From positions 56,420,001 through 56,484,000 of the forward strand of contig OX597833.1 of the NCBI GenBank assembly GCA_951406725.2: a stretch of 64,000 nt of DNA. Direction: 5' to 3'. Each line of letters opens with the position of its first letter. The stretch's first letter is position 1. Shown piece after piece: positions 22,037 to 36,437 of this stretch. This DNA is from Octopus vulgaris. Taxonomy: Eukaryota. The notes beneath the pieces are model-generated. The model did not search any database, had not been told where the DNA came from, and was given only the letters and a program-made list of their open reading frames with translations. A program made the position numbers and the translations under genes.

Positions 22037-23378
22037 CTGAAGTAAAATACAGAAATTGTATCGTAGAACCATGGGCAATCAGTCAGGGTTCATCAGTTAG
22101 AATGGTTATCATCATCATCACTGTTTTAAGTGATGGGTAAATCTAGGTCAGTCTAGGGCTAAAAAACATCAAGCTGGCAAGATCATCATTTAAAGTCCAT
22201 TCTCCATGCTGGTATGGGTTGGACGGTTTCACAGGAGCTGGCAAGTCAGGGAGTTTGTTTGTTCCTTCTCGAGCCATGCCTGGCTCATAAAGGCCGGTTT
22301 CCCGGTTTCCTTGGCGTATAGGTTACCCACCTGGACGGGACGCTGGTCCATCGCAGGTGAGCTGCAAGATGCAGGAGGCAAGAGTGAGAGAAAGTTGTGG
22401 CGAAAGAGTCAGCAGAAGTTTGCCATTACCTTCTGCCGGAGCCGTGTGGAGCTTAGGTGTTTCCGCTCAAAAACGCACACATCACCCGGTCTGAGATTCG
22501 AACCCGCGATCCCTCGACCGCGAGTCCGCTGCTCTAACCACTAGGCCATGTGCCTCCCAAGTCAGGGAGCTGCACCAGTCATCTGTTTAGGCAGAGTTAC
22601 TGTGGCTAGATGCCCTTCCTAATGCCAACTACTTTACAGAGTGAACCGGGTGCCATTTACAAAGCACCCGCATGGGTATTTTTCATGTAGCGCCGGCACA
22701 TAAAAGCATTACATTTCCAGTTCTGAGAATAAAGATTTTGGTGCAGTATTTAGTACCAATTTCTCCCTGAAGTATTTTTAGAGTGAAAATACTCAAGTTC
22801 TAGTTCAGAGAAAAATAAAGTTTAACCCTGTCATGCTGTATTCCCACTATTTTGGGAATAGGTTAAACACAATCTCTACCAAATTCCTGGTAAAGCAGTA
22901 ATGACAAGCACACATAGGAAAAAAAATTGCAGCTGATTCTGTTCATCAGTTTCCTTCAATCATTACTTTTGAGCTGTATCATCATCATTTAACGTCCGTT
23001 TTCTATGGTAGCATGGGTTGGACACGGTTCAACCAGGGTCTGGTAAGCCATGGAGACTGCACCAGGCTCCAGTCTGGTTTGGCAGTGTTTCTACAGCTGG
23101 ATGCCCTTCCTAATGCCAACCACTCCGTGAGTGTAGTGGGTGCTTTTTATGTGCCACCGGCACAGAAGCCAGTCAAGGCGGCGCTAGTATCTGCCATGTT
23201 CGGACGGTGCTTTTTACGTGTCACCGGCAAAGGTGTCTTAACAACAATTTCCATTTGATTTATGCAACTATTTTTTTTTGGGGGGGGGGGCTCAGAAGTT
23301 CAGGTGGAGGATAATGTTAGACACAGGGGCCCAGGTCTGCGAGGGTTAAGAAGGAAAAAAAAAAACAATCCTATTTAC

Positions 23379-23560
23379 CTTGCCAGTTGCTCAAGGTAAC
23401 CAAATAATGCATTGTAAGCTTTAATCTGGAACCTCTTCACAAGTTGGTTGTGGTCCCCTTGCAGTCGTACTGGTTGAGAAAAATAATCCAAATCTTTGAT
23501 CATTTTTTCAACATGATGTTTACACAACTGCCGAACCAAACTGACAAAACTCACCTCCAT
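23379..23560 (-). CDS. TUBGCP6: Gamma-tubulin complex component 6, coding exon 1 (MEVSFVSLVRQLC...QIKAYNALFGYLEQLA)
   Basis: ATG at 23560-23558, 7 nt after an acceptor (cttttag, exon starts 23567); donor gtaaat at 23378-23373. AYNALF is the remembered GCP6 N-terminal motif. Confidence 0.92.
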
Positions 23561-26115
23561 CCTGGACCTAAAAGAGAAATACAAAATATATAAATAAATG
23601 AATGAAACACACACACATATGCACACAAAGTTTAACATATTTTTACAAGCTTCATCTTTCTACTTGTTTCAGTCATTTGACTGCGGCCATGCTGGAGCAC
23701 CGCCTTTAATCGAGCAACTCGACCCCGGGGTCTCATAAAGCAGGTCCTCGTAAAATGAGGTACTACTGTTTATACAAGAATCATGAGTTTCAGGCTTTAC
23801 TTGAGGCTATTTTATTTACTATCACTATTATCATTTCACTAAAGACTCAGTCTTTGGATTGCTCATACCACATTCCTGACAACACCATATATTAATTTCC
23901 TCAAGTTCTTGTAAGTTGAAGAGATTTTGTCAGAATATGAAGACATTACACATGCAAGGAGCAGTGTCAAGCATCTAAGTTGACCATTTCCTAAGAGTAT
24001 TAGCAACAGAAATTAAGTAACTGCAATTAGAAATCAAAATAACCTCAATCTTGACTTAACAGGAATTTACAGCCTATTACATGACACTTTTAAATTCTAT
24101 TTTTATTTTCAGAAAATAGAGGAAATATCAGGTCAAGATGTTTTAACACTGCAGTACTCAAAGTAAAGCTTTATATAGATCTCAAGCCACTTAGGAAATA
24201 GCGAGGTATGGCAGGCGTGGCTGTATGGGTAAGATGTTTGATTCCCAACCATGTGGTCTCAGGTTCAGTTGCACTGCATGGTAGTACCTTGGGCAAGTGT
24301 CTGCTTTAGCCCCATGTAATGTAAGCCTTGGGTGTGGATTTGATAGACAAAAACTGAAAGAAGCCCATAGAGTGTATGTGTGTGTGTGTACCCCAGTTTT
24401 GACATCATGTGATGGCTGTAAATGAGCATCACCATCACACAGGCAATGTTATATTTCCAGTCTTCTGTGTCTGGTCATGAGGAAATATAACAATGCTTAG
24501 AAGGTTGACAAGAGAAAGGGACTCGGACCATAGAAAATCTGCATCAATAAATTCTGTCTAACCCATGCAAGCGTGGACAAATGGACATTAAATAATAATG
24601 ATGCAGCAGCAATTATTGAGTTGTTTTATAAAAATTTCAGAATAAACCTAAGTTCTTTTTCTGTTTAAAATAATTAGTAATTATCTCCATTAGTAATTAT
24701 CCTTTGCGAGTCAAACATATGTACTGATAAAACCATAACCATAAAAATTATCTCTAACGAAAGGTAGGTTCTTAAAGACCTTTAATTACATGGCTATACA
24801 CACCTGTAATATAATAGTTATAAAATCAATAAAATAAATGAGAGTCAATATTGGTTTCAAATTTTGGCACAAGGCCAGCAATTTGGGAGGAGATAGTTGA
24901 TTATATCAATCCCAGTGCTCAACTGGTACTTATTTTATGGACCCCAGAAAGATAAAATGTAAAGTTGACTTCAGTAGAATTTGAACTCAGGATGTAAAGA
25001 TGAAATGTCGCTAAGCATTTTGTCCAGTGTGTTAACGATTCTGCCAGCTTACTGCCTTAATGAGAGAGAATATTAACATGGATATTACAACTGCTACATC
25101 AGAAAGGTCAATCTGTATTCAAGATAAAGTATTCAATAAGGTGATTTGCTGTGCTTGAGAACACAGGTCAAACTAGGTGAAATTGTAGTCGTGGCCAGAG
25201 CTAGTGACTCATTACTCTTTGGAGTGGTTGTCATTAGGAGGGGCATCCAGGCGTAGAAACCAAGCCAAAATAAACTGGAGCCTGGCACAGCTCTCTGGCA
25301 TACCAGCTCCAGTCACATCGTCTTACCCATGGCAACATGGAAAATGGACGCATGACGATGATAACTTGAGTGTATGAGAAAGTTCCAATTCCTAGATGAA
25401 GGAGCTTCACTTCCTTTGTACTGATATCAACACTGAGTAGGGCAAGTGTGTGTTTGAGTGTGTTTGTGTGGTTTGTACATTAGTAAAATGATGATCGCAA
25501 AAAGTGTACACTTTTTATATAGGCGTAGGAGTGGCTGTGTGGTAAGTAGCTTGCTTACGAACTGCATGGTTCCAGGTTCAGTCCTTCTGCATGGTACCTT
25601 GGGCAAGTGTCTTCTGCTATAGCCTTGGACCGACCAAAGCCTTGTGAGTGGATTTGGTAGACAGAAACTGAAAGAAGCCCGTAGTATATATGTTTATATA
25701 TGTATGTGTGTGTATATGTCTGTCCCCACCAACATCGCTTGACAACCGATGCTGGCGTGTTTAAGTCCCCTTAACTTAGCGGTTCGACAAAAGAGACCAA
25801 TAGAATAAGTACTACACTTGCAAAGAATAAGTCCTGGGGTCGATTTACTTGACTAAAGGCGGTGCTCCAGCATGGCCACAGTCAAATGACTGAAACGAGT
25901 AAAAAAACTTGTTTCCTTTTCTTTTCTTTTTTTTTCTGTTTTCAAAGATTTCCCAGTAGAAACATGGAGATCTTTCAGGTGAAATGATAGTACACCCATT
26001 GCAGTAATTATTTTAGAAAAATATATTAATTATTCTGCTGAACTGCACCGAGCTCTAAACATAGTTCATTGTCTGCCTTATTCTTAATAAGCAATTACTA
26101 TGATATATACATATA

Positions 26116-26520
26116 GTGAAAGTTTACGGAAAAAAACAAAAGACGAAGACAGGTGGTGTAAAAAACAAACAAATGTATTAGTATAGCACTCAGGAATAGA
26201 AAAAGTCTTATGTTTCGAGCCTATGCTCTTCTACAGAAAGGGACACAGAAAAAACAAGTAGAGAAAAAAAATGTGTGTAGTGGCTAAAGGTCTATCATGG
26301 CGTCTGACTCGGACAAAATAATATATATATATATGTTTATACCGCGTGTGTACCGTTGGCGATTTTTTTTCCTCTGTCTTCCCTTCTCCTATGTTTCCGA
26401 CGAAGAGCTCCGCTCGAAACATTAAGCCCTCCTTCTTTCCTGAGCATCCAATAATACTATAATTGTTCCATGTCCTCGCGTTGTGTTTTTTTGTGCTTTC
26501 TTGTTTGGATTAACTATATA
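26116..26520. mobile_element. Two divergent Penelope-type terminal fragments, each with a variant hammerhead-like motif
   Basis: Minus 26205-26240: CTTT-CTGTAGA-A-GAGC-ATAG-GCTC-GAAAC-ATA-AGAC. Plus 26393-26427: GTTT-CCGACGA-A-GAGC-TCC-GCTC-GAAAC-ATT-AAGC. The left fragment recurs at 60618-60750. Confidence 0.6.
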
Positions 26521-27966
26521 TACACACACACAAACACATATGTCACTGATCTTTCCCGTAAATTTGCGTCATTACTTGAAAAATCAAAATATATGAACAA
26601 AATGAATGAAATGTGATTGACTCAGAAGGCAAAAGGGTAGAAATAAAAACAAATTGGTTAAGTTTTGACAGAGCCAGACACCATTGCTAATATAAAGATA
26701 ACAAAATAAAGACAAATAATACAAAGTAATAATTAATTATTGTTAATATACACATCAAGGGCTTTCAGTTAAAGTCAGTACACAATTAATAAAATTCCAT
26801 TCATGCGTTGTTTTTCCTATCAATTATTATATCCAGAAAACTACATCTTTTCTACCCTAGGCACAGAGCCCGAAATTTTTGGAGAGGGGGCCAGTCGATT
26901 GGAACGACTCCAGTACGCAACTGGTACTTAATTTGGGGTTTTTATGCCCGGGTCAAGCCCTTTAGTTTAACCCTTAATTTATCGACACCGAAAGGATGAA
27001 AGCCAGAAAAATACATCTGAACATTTGACATCATTAAATTTCCCTTTAAAGTATAGTGTAAACAAGGTCTTGCTCGTATCTCCTTGTCTATCCCAAAACT
27101 TTCAAATCTTAATAGTTTTCTTTTTAATTCTAATTAAATAAAAGATAATGGTATTATACGTAGTCTTTGAATGACTCATAGTATTTTGGTAGATTCCCTC
27201 CAAAAGAAAACAAATTATGCAAGACAGATTGTTAAAACATTATATGACTGTAAGTAAATGCCAAAATGAAAAGGCTTCTTTCTAGTTTCGAAATAAATGG
27301 GTACTACTATCAAACAGTGGTCCCGGTGCGCGCTCTCGTGCATCCGTGCTAGCTAATCGTATGAAGTCGATCCTACAACGACTTCTTAACCCTAACCCTA
27401 ACCTTAGTTTGTTTATAAAAATTATTTATTTACTTAGTTTAAAAAATAATTTACTTTGCGTTTTATTTACTTTGTTCGAAAAATATTTAATTTCCTTAAA
27501 TCCTTAAAAATGTTTTAGCCCGAAGGCCGCGGCCATGCTGGGGCACCACCGCTGTGTAAAAAATATATATATACATTGTTTTAAAAAATAATTTATTTAC
27601 TTAGTTTTAAAACATTACTTACTTTGCTTTTTATTTACTTTGTTCCTAAAATATTATTTAATTTTGTTTTACTGCAGATATATAAAATATGTGTACGAAT
27701 GTATATGGATACATGTATGAACATGATTTGACAGAAGGGACAACTCTTATTGTCACGTTTTCATATTTCTTCCACTAAATACAAACAATTTTTTTATCCT
27801 AGGCAACCTACTTGCAATTAGAAGACCCTGTGGATGGAATTAAGAGATGTTACTGACGGGGACACAGAATAAACGAATCTAAAGTTTGGGTATTTCGCAA
27901 AAGGGTCGACCCTAAACTAATAACAACAAACAATTCTTGTGGTTTAAGGAATAAACGTAAACTTAC

Positions 27967-28110
27967 AATGTGTATAATGTTCTTTCAATAAATAAGTTAA
28001 ACAAGCAATAACATTAGCAAAGCATGGAGTTCATCGTAACATATTCAAAGTACATTTGTCAAGAATTGTTCCTGAAAAAGTTCGACGTGAGAAAAAATAA
28101 TTTCGTGTCT
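27967..28110 (-). other. TUBGCP6: Candidate non-coding first exon / promoter-proximal region of TUBGCP6
   Basis: The ATG exon begins at a splice acceptor, so an upstream exon is implied. A consensus gtaagt donor at 27966-27961 lies in repeat-free sequence with retained CpGs. The 5' boundary is a guess. Confidence 0.35.
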
Positions 28111-30290
28111 CCCTCCATTTTAGCTAAAATGGTTAGAGTGACACTCAACTACAGTTTCGTGAATTTGTTAAAGGTCTTCAGCCGAACAATTGATTTTTTA
28201 TAGTCTGTTCTTAATGCTTTTGTTAGTCTAGATCCATATCTGTCATAGCCAAGCAGATAGACGAACAAAGGCATTTCAAACCAGATCATCCCGGCTTTTT
28301 TTCTTTTTTTTTTTTCTCCAGATATAATTCATTTGGAACTACATTATCCAATGCCGCCTTGCTTTTTTTTTAACACGGTAGGTTGTGACTTGACAGAGAT
28401 TTGGTTGCTATGTCTATGAAGGGAGATAACTGCTTCTAACTCAAGGGAAGTAACTTCTTTATGGTATTAAAGTACCTTGCGGTATTTGTTCCGTTACTCG
28501 TCTTTACGTTAGAAGTTCAAATCATACCCGTGTCCACTTGGCTCTTTCATCCTTCTGGAACCAATAAAATAAACATCTGTCGAGTATTATAATCTATTTA
28601 GTCGACTATTCCATTCCCTAAAAATATTTGGAGCCTTGTGCTTAAATAAAGAAAAAATATTGTATTTCATTTTTGGATTTGGTTTGCAAGATTCTTTATG
28701 AGTTCGTGTGTTGAAGCATATTCTGTTGTGTATGGAGAGAGTCATTTTCTTTTTGTGCCTTATTATGTAACTCACTCACCGGTAAAATTTCCACTTATTT
28801 CTTATTTATATTTTCCTAAAATTTTCGTTGCGTCTTGCAACCTTTTCAATAGTCTTGACTCTCCCCAGACACAACAAAAAATATTGTGTTGTATCAGAAT
28901 TAGATGGCAGTGTCGTAGCATGGAAGGTTAGAAGCTGGATTCGAAACCTTAACGGTGTCACCTTCCTCGTCATTAAAATAAATAATAATAATGTTCTAAT
29001 AGAAATCAAATGAGTGTTGACACACTGAGTGAGGTATGCAAACAATTCTTACTGTATTGAAGTTCCCCTTTGTTAGAGAAATAAAACCGAAATTAACAGC
29101 AGACTCATAAAGAAAAGGGGAAGGTATCCTTAACATAGGTACTGGGTAGAATCAGCATGACAAAAGTCTGGCTATACCATTTTTGAATTACAGGTGCAAC
29201 TCATTCTTGCCAGCTGGGTGGAGTGAAGGAAAGGGAAAGGATAAAATTGAATCAATTCGTTCATCTACATCCCTTCTTCCTTTCAAATCAACAATTAAAA
29301 ATCATCTTAATTATAATGTGGCAAATTATATGAAACAGCACATCATACATGTTACCCCCCAGTATTGGAAGAGTTTATATTGAAATTAAGACCTCAATCA
29401 AGATTTTATGGTAACAATATGAAATTTTAGTTTCTCAACAGTATAATATATACCAATAGAGTTAGGCATTGAACTACATTCCTTAAAAATCTTGATTATA
29501 TTAAAAATTCATATGAATCAGATTGACAATTACAAAATCTGTCACTAAAGGGTTACACATGTGCACACATACATACACGCACACACACATACATACACAC
29601 ACACACATTGAAATGTAAAAGCTGTAAAGTATATTAAAGGGTTAATCTCTCATTCTTTCTTGCACTTTCTCTCTCTCACTCACGCTCTCTCGCTCTCTCT
29701 CTCTCTCTCTCTTTCTCTCTCTATTTTTTTACTTATGTTTGGTGTGGCATCCCTTCTCTGAACTCAAATTTTTGTTTGGACTAGCTTCACCTTTTATCCT
29801 TCAAGGATCAGTAAAATACCCACCAATAATATATCCGTAGTTATTCAGGTAACCACACACACACAATTCAAAATTTCATCCTGGTATCAAATTAAAAGAG
29901 CTCATTATTACTTAATAATCAGTTTTAATTATGGATCTCTCAGTTCTTTGCTTTAGTAAGTTACTCTGCTCCCTGAACTGTGCTATTCAGGAATCAATTC
30001 TTGTTGGCACTCCTCCCTTACCTAACATTTCTGTGGATGCATCCCCACCCATCTAACCCTAGCCATTCTATACACACACATCTCACCACCTTCTCATCTC
30101 TTAACTGCTGTTTTTATTCTACACCCTCTCATCTCTTCTACTCACAGTGCCCCAACACCCATAACCGAGGAGGAAATACTCAATTTATGCTTTCTAAGTG
30201 TATCACTTCCCCATACCTCTATTACCTATATCCTGCAACCATTCCTTCTTCTTTCTTCCAAAATCATGATGCTTGCATAGGGAGAATTTG

Positions 30291-30718
30291 GGATCTTTTC
30301 GGTTTGAACGGCAGTTTTTAAAATAATTTCCACGTAACTAAACACTTTTAAACTTTGTATACTGGTAGAATGTGTTTATAAAACATCTTTTTCTCTTGGC
30401 TTTATTGAGAAATTTCTATAGTTTGTAATATATTTGTTGTTTTTTTCTTCAATTTCAGCAATTTCAACCAATCAATGACGTCTATTGAGGTGAAAACATT
30501 CTGTGCCATATGAATATGTCCCTCGTTTAAGAAACAGATTGAGTTTATTTACATTTGTGAAGAAAAAAAGATACCCTTCCCCCCACCCCTAACCCTAACC
30601 CTAACTAACCCTAACCCTAAAACATTGAAATGCAATAGATCGAAACTAGGGTCATAATTATGGGTGACAATTTCATATGACACTGCTAAAAAAACTGCCG
30701 TTCAACCTGAAAAGATCC
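30291..30718. mobile_element. MITE with 28-bp TIRs starting GG and 8-bp TSD (Merlin- or hAT-like), carrying (CCCTAA)n
   Basis: TIRs GGATCTTTTCGGTTTGAACGGCAGTTTT and AAAACTGCCGTTCAACCTGAAAAGATCC. TSD AGAATTTG at 30283-30290 and 30719-30726. Telomere-like hexamers at about 30587-30620. Confidence 0.85.
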
Positions 30719-31237
30719 AGAATTTGCATTCTAGCTGCCTTTAGCTACCCTCCCTGATTCTTCTGTCACCATGCTCTCTTGGACATGTTACCTGGATGAT
30801 ATGCCCCTGGCCCCCCATCATCATATTATCTCTTTTCTGCATCACTCTATCCACATATAAAGTGCATTAGCACTGAATCTCGTCCTACTCACCCCCACTC
30901 ATTCTTCCTCACTGCTTTTATCATGCTCTCTCTCTCTCTCACTATTCCCCTATCTCTAACTTCCCTTCCCATTACCTACTTCCATCATATCTTTCCTTCA
31001 TGCACCACCTTATCCACCATGTATAATGTGAGCTAGCACAGCATTTCCTTCTACTCAATCCTCCCCGACTATCTTGTCACTCTCCTACTCTGTCTCTCTC
31101 CCTCTCTCTCTCTCACTAACTCCCTGATATTACTTTCCTAATGTTAAAAGTAGCCACTGAGTTTATCAAGAGTTTGCCAATGGGGTCACCAATTGTAACA
31201 GGATGAGAGTTCAAAAACACTGGAGGGGTGTCCGGTC

Positions 31238-31647
31238 TAATCTTGTCACATACAAGTTGAAGAAATGGAACCAAAGTCAGGCTGTCTTCAATAACAACAA
31301 TAGTAGTTTATTCTGTGGTTCACAAGTAAAACATATACATATGTATTTCTTGTGGGAAACCGGCAGCCGAGTCCACAGGACTGTTTACAATGTTCACTTG
31401 TGTGAGCCAAGAAAATACAGTGTTCGTTCCCGCTTCGAAGAGAGAGCTTCTCTGTGCATAGGGTTTTCCCTGAGAGAAGTCAAGCCATATCCGATCGCTA
31501 GATCTGCTCTGCCAGAAAGACCGATTCAGTGGTCACGCATTCAGGTTGCAGTTCCTGCACATGCGCATGAGGAAACTTCCGGTGGCTAACCGGAAGTAAT
31601 CCAATTCTGCGCATGCATGCTGAAACTTACACAGTAGCATCACTACA
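31238..31647 (-). mobile_element. Probable solo LTR
   Basis: Minus strand starts TGTAGTG, is CpG-rich, has AATAAA about 70 nt before the end and ends near GTGACA. Possible 4-bp TSD GACC. The left boundary is uncertain. Confidence 0.45.
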
Positions 31648-32074
31648 GGTCCTTCAGCAACAACACACCCTGATAAACTCAGTGGCTGCTTCTAATTTCA
31701 GACCCCAACAGACAGAGAGGATGCTCTTGAAGCTGAGAATTTGAACTTACAGAGACAATAGGCACATATCGCCTGAGGAAACACAACTAGATCTCATAAT
31801 GCAAGGGAAATGGTTGCATAATCAAGTACTTGCAGACATGGAGAACTATGTTGCATAGAAACAATTGTAGTGATTGAAAATAAATGTCCATCTGTATTCC
31901 TTCTTGTTAACTCTGAATCTTTTTCCATAATCTACTCACACACAACAGAAGCCCAAATGCAAACCTGGAAGTACTTATAATGCTACTGCTGGATAGCACA
32001 GGGTGAAATCTGAAGGTGGACGAGCTTTATACTGTACTCTACTACGTTCTTAACAGAATATACCATAACTGTAA

Positions 32075-32104
<30 letters not shown>

Positions 32105-32107
<3 letters not shown>

Positions 32108-32534
32108 ATAATAATATTAGGGAATAAATCCAAACTTACAGGGAAAAATGAGATTTAGGATTAAGTCCAATTTTATAGTATAAATATATTATATAATATT
32201 ATATTAAATTAGAGATAAAACCACTATTAGGCAAATCAAACAGTGAAAAACATAAGCCAATACATAAAATTAATTTAAAATATAAAAGTTAAAAATAAAA
32301 AATTATTTAAATAATTTAAACTTATAAATTTTATATATATATACAAATATATATATATATGTATGTATGTATATTTTCATATTTATATATTATTTTATTA
32401 ATTAACTAATTAATTAATTTATCTATTTATTTATTTATTTATTTATTTTTATAATTTTTTTTTTATATATCAAAAGTATTAAAAGTTTAATAAAAGATAA
32501 TGATTTGCCTAATAGTGGTTTTATCTCTAATTTA

Positions 32535-32560
<26 letters not shown>
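32105..32560. repeat. AT-rich inverted-repeat element (second copy at 40390-40620)
   Basis: TATATTAAATTAGAGATAAAACCACTATTAGGCAAATCA and its reverse complement face each other at both loci. Confidence 0.6.
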
Positions 32561-32573
<13 letters not shown>

Positions 32574-33164
32574 GCCTATATATATATATATACATACATG
32601 CATATATATATGTGTATATATATATATATGAATGCCTTTCCTCCCTTGGACACATACATCTGTTGCTCCCTCGCTGTTCTCAAAAAATAGTGTTCGTAAA
32701 AAATTTTATCTCGTTCGGCTTAACAGCCCTTCTTGTTTGTGTTACTGTTATTCTGCTTGTCCTGTCTTTTACTGTTTATATTTTGTGCTGTCGTTACTGT
32801 CCTGTTTTTGTTACCATTTTACCCCTCCGCAAAAAAATCTCAAATTTTATTTAATTTGATTTTCGCGGGAAGGATTGTTTCATTAAAGTCATGTATCGCC
32901 TTGACCTTCGAAATGTGGAGTAGATGAAACAAAGGCGACTGAAGAAGGGGAATTTTCCTTGTGTTATTTATGTCCTGTACTCTATTTTTTCGTTGTTTAA
33001 GAAAAATGTCCAGTTCCTTGGTTTTGTGTTTATGTTTTCGTTTCTCATTGTGTTCGACGTTTTTTTGGTGTCCTGTACCCATATATGCATGTATATATAG
33101 ATGTAGAGGTAGGTACATACATATATGTATGTATATATGCATATGTTTTATTTATTTATTAATT

Positions 33165-33204
<40 letters not shown>

Positions 33205-33307
33205 GCATATATATATGCATATATATAAATATACATGCTTATATATATATATATATATATATCGGATGTTTTGCGTTCTTGTCCCATTTTGTATTTTATA
33301 TATATAT

Positions 33308-34039
33308 ATCATCATCATCATCATCGTTTAACGTCCGCTTTCCATGCTAGCATGGGTTGGACAGTTCAACTGGGGTCTGGGGAGCCCGAAGGCTGCACCA
33401 GGCCAGTCAGATCTGGCAGTGTTTCTGCATCTGGATGCCCTTCCTAACGCCAACCACTCCAAGAGTGTAGTGGGTGATTTTATGTGCCACCAACACAGGT
33501 GCCAGACGAGGCTGGCGAACGGCCATGCTCGCATGGTGTTTTTTTATGTGCCACCGACACAGGTGCCAGACGAGGCTGGTGAACGGCCACGCTTGGATGG
33601 TGTTTTTTTATGTGCCACCGACACAGGTGCCAGACGAGGCTGGCGAACGGCCACGATCGGATGGTGTTTGTTACGTGCCCACAGCACGGAGGCCAGTCGA
33701 TGCGGTACTGGCTACGGCTACGTTCGGATGGTTTTCTTATGTGCCACCGGCACTGGTACCACAAAGATACAATTTCCATTGATGTTCATCTATTTTGATT
33801 TGGTTTGATTTTTTGTTTTTGATTTTCACTTGCTTCAACAGGTCTTCACAAGTGTCACAAGAAGGAAGGTATGCACAGGTGGACTGACTACGTCCCAGGT
33901 AGGGGCCACGGGTTATGGCCTCACTAGTCTTGCCGGGTCTTCTCATGCACAGCATACTTCCATAGGTCTCGGTCTCTAGTCATTTCCTTGGTGAGACCTA
34001 AAGTTCGAAGGTCGTGCTTCACCACCTCGTCCCAGGTTT

Positions 34040-34043
<4 letters not shown>
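33308..34043 (-). mobile_element. 5'-truncated RTE LINE: ORF C-terminus, full 3' UTR and (GAT)n tail
   Basis: [38 protein letters not shown], then tandem GGCACATAAAAA...CACC units and the common GAT-tailed end. Confidence 0.88.
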
Positions 34044-35765
<1,722 letters not shown>

Positions 35766-36404
35766 TCGGAATGAAAGAGCTGTTAAGTATATTAAAATAT
35801 ATTTACCTAGTGTAAATGTTATCTGATATAGAACTCAATCCATTGGGTAGAGTAGATATTATATCAAAAGCTGCTTGTTTACTCTGACAGCTGCAAACAG
35901 TTCAGCTATGTGTTGAACTTTGTGTAGGCTGTTAACTTTTGATATCCTCATCATCGTTGTCGTCGTTGTCATCGTCATCATCATTTAACATCTATTTTTC
36001 TTGATTGCATATCTTGGGATATTCAACAGTGGTTCGTAAGGCAGAGAACTGCACCAAGCTCCAACGTCAATGTGTACTTTGGCCCGGTCTCTATGGCTGG
36101 ATGCCCTTCCTAATGCAAATAACTTTACAGAGCATACTTGATACCTTTTTTGTGGCACTGGCACCAATGAGGTCACACACACACATGAACACAGACACAG
36201 GCACACATGCACACACACACACACACACACACACAATACACACATATACATATATATATTTCTTTATTGCCCACAAGGGGCTAAATACAGAGGGGACAAA
36301 CAAGGACAGACAAAGGGATTAAGTCAATTAAATCGACCCCAGTGCATAACTGGTACTTTATTTATCAACCCTGAAAGGCTGAAAGGCAAAGTCGACCTCG
36401 GCAG

Positions 36405-36437
<33 letters not shown>

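Noticed and set aside
28815-28860. Hammerhead-like arrangement on the minus strand (CTATTGA...GTTGC-AAGAC-GCAAC-GAAA)
   Set aside because: The core is too far from CUGANGA and there is no convincing stem I or III. It may be a decayed relative but is not supportable.
29940-31100. Possible degraded LINE endonuclease (AIQES-like fragment); similar EIYIPP fragment at 39300-39815
   Set aside because: Only short motifs with many stops; cannot be assigned without a profile search.
32895-32965. CGAAA...CTGAAGAAGGGG as a permuted hammerhead (related sequence at about 59840-59900)
   Set aside because: Stems I and III could not be paired.
35807-35890. Exon-like minus-strand segment (CQSKQAAFDIISTLPNGLSSISDNIYT, donor gtaaat)
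   Set aside because: Weak acceptor, no homology recognised and cannot be chained into a gene; needs RNA-seq.
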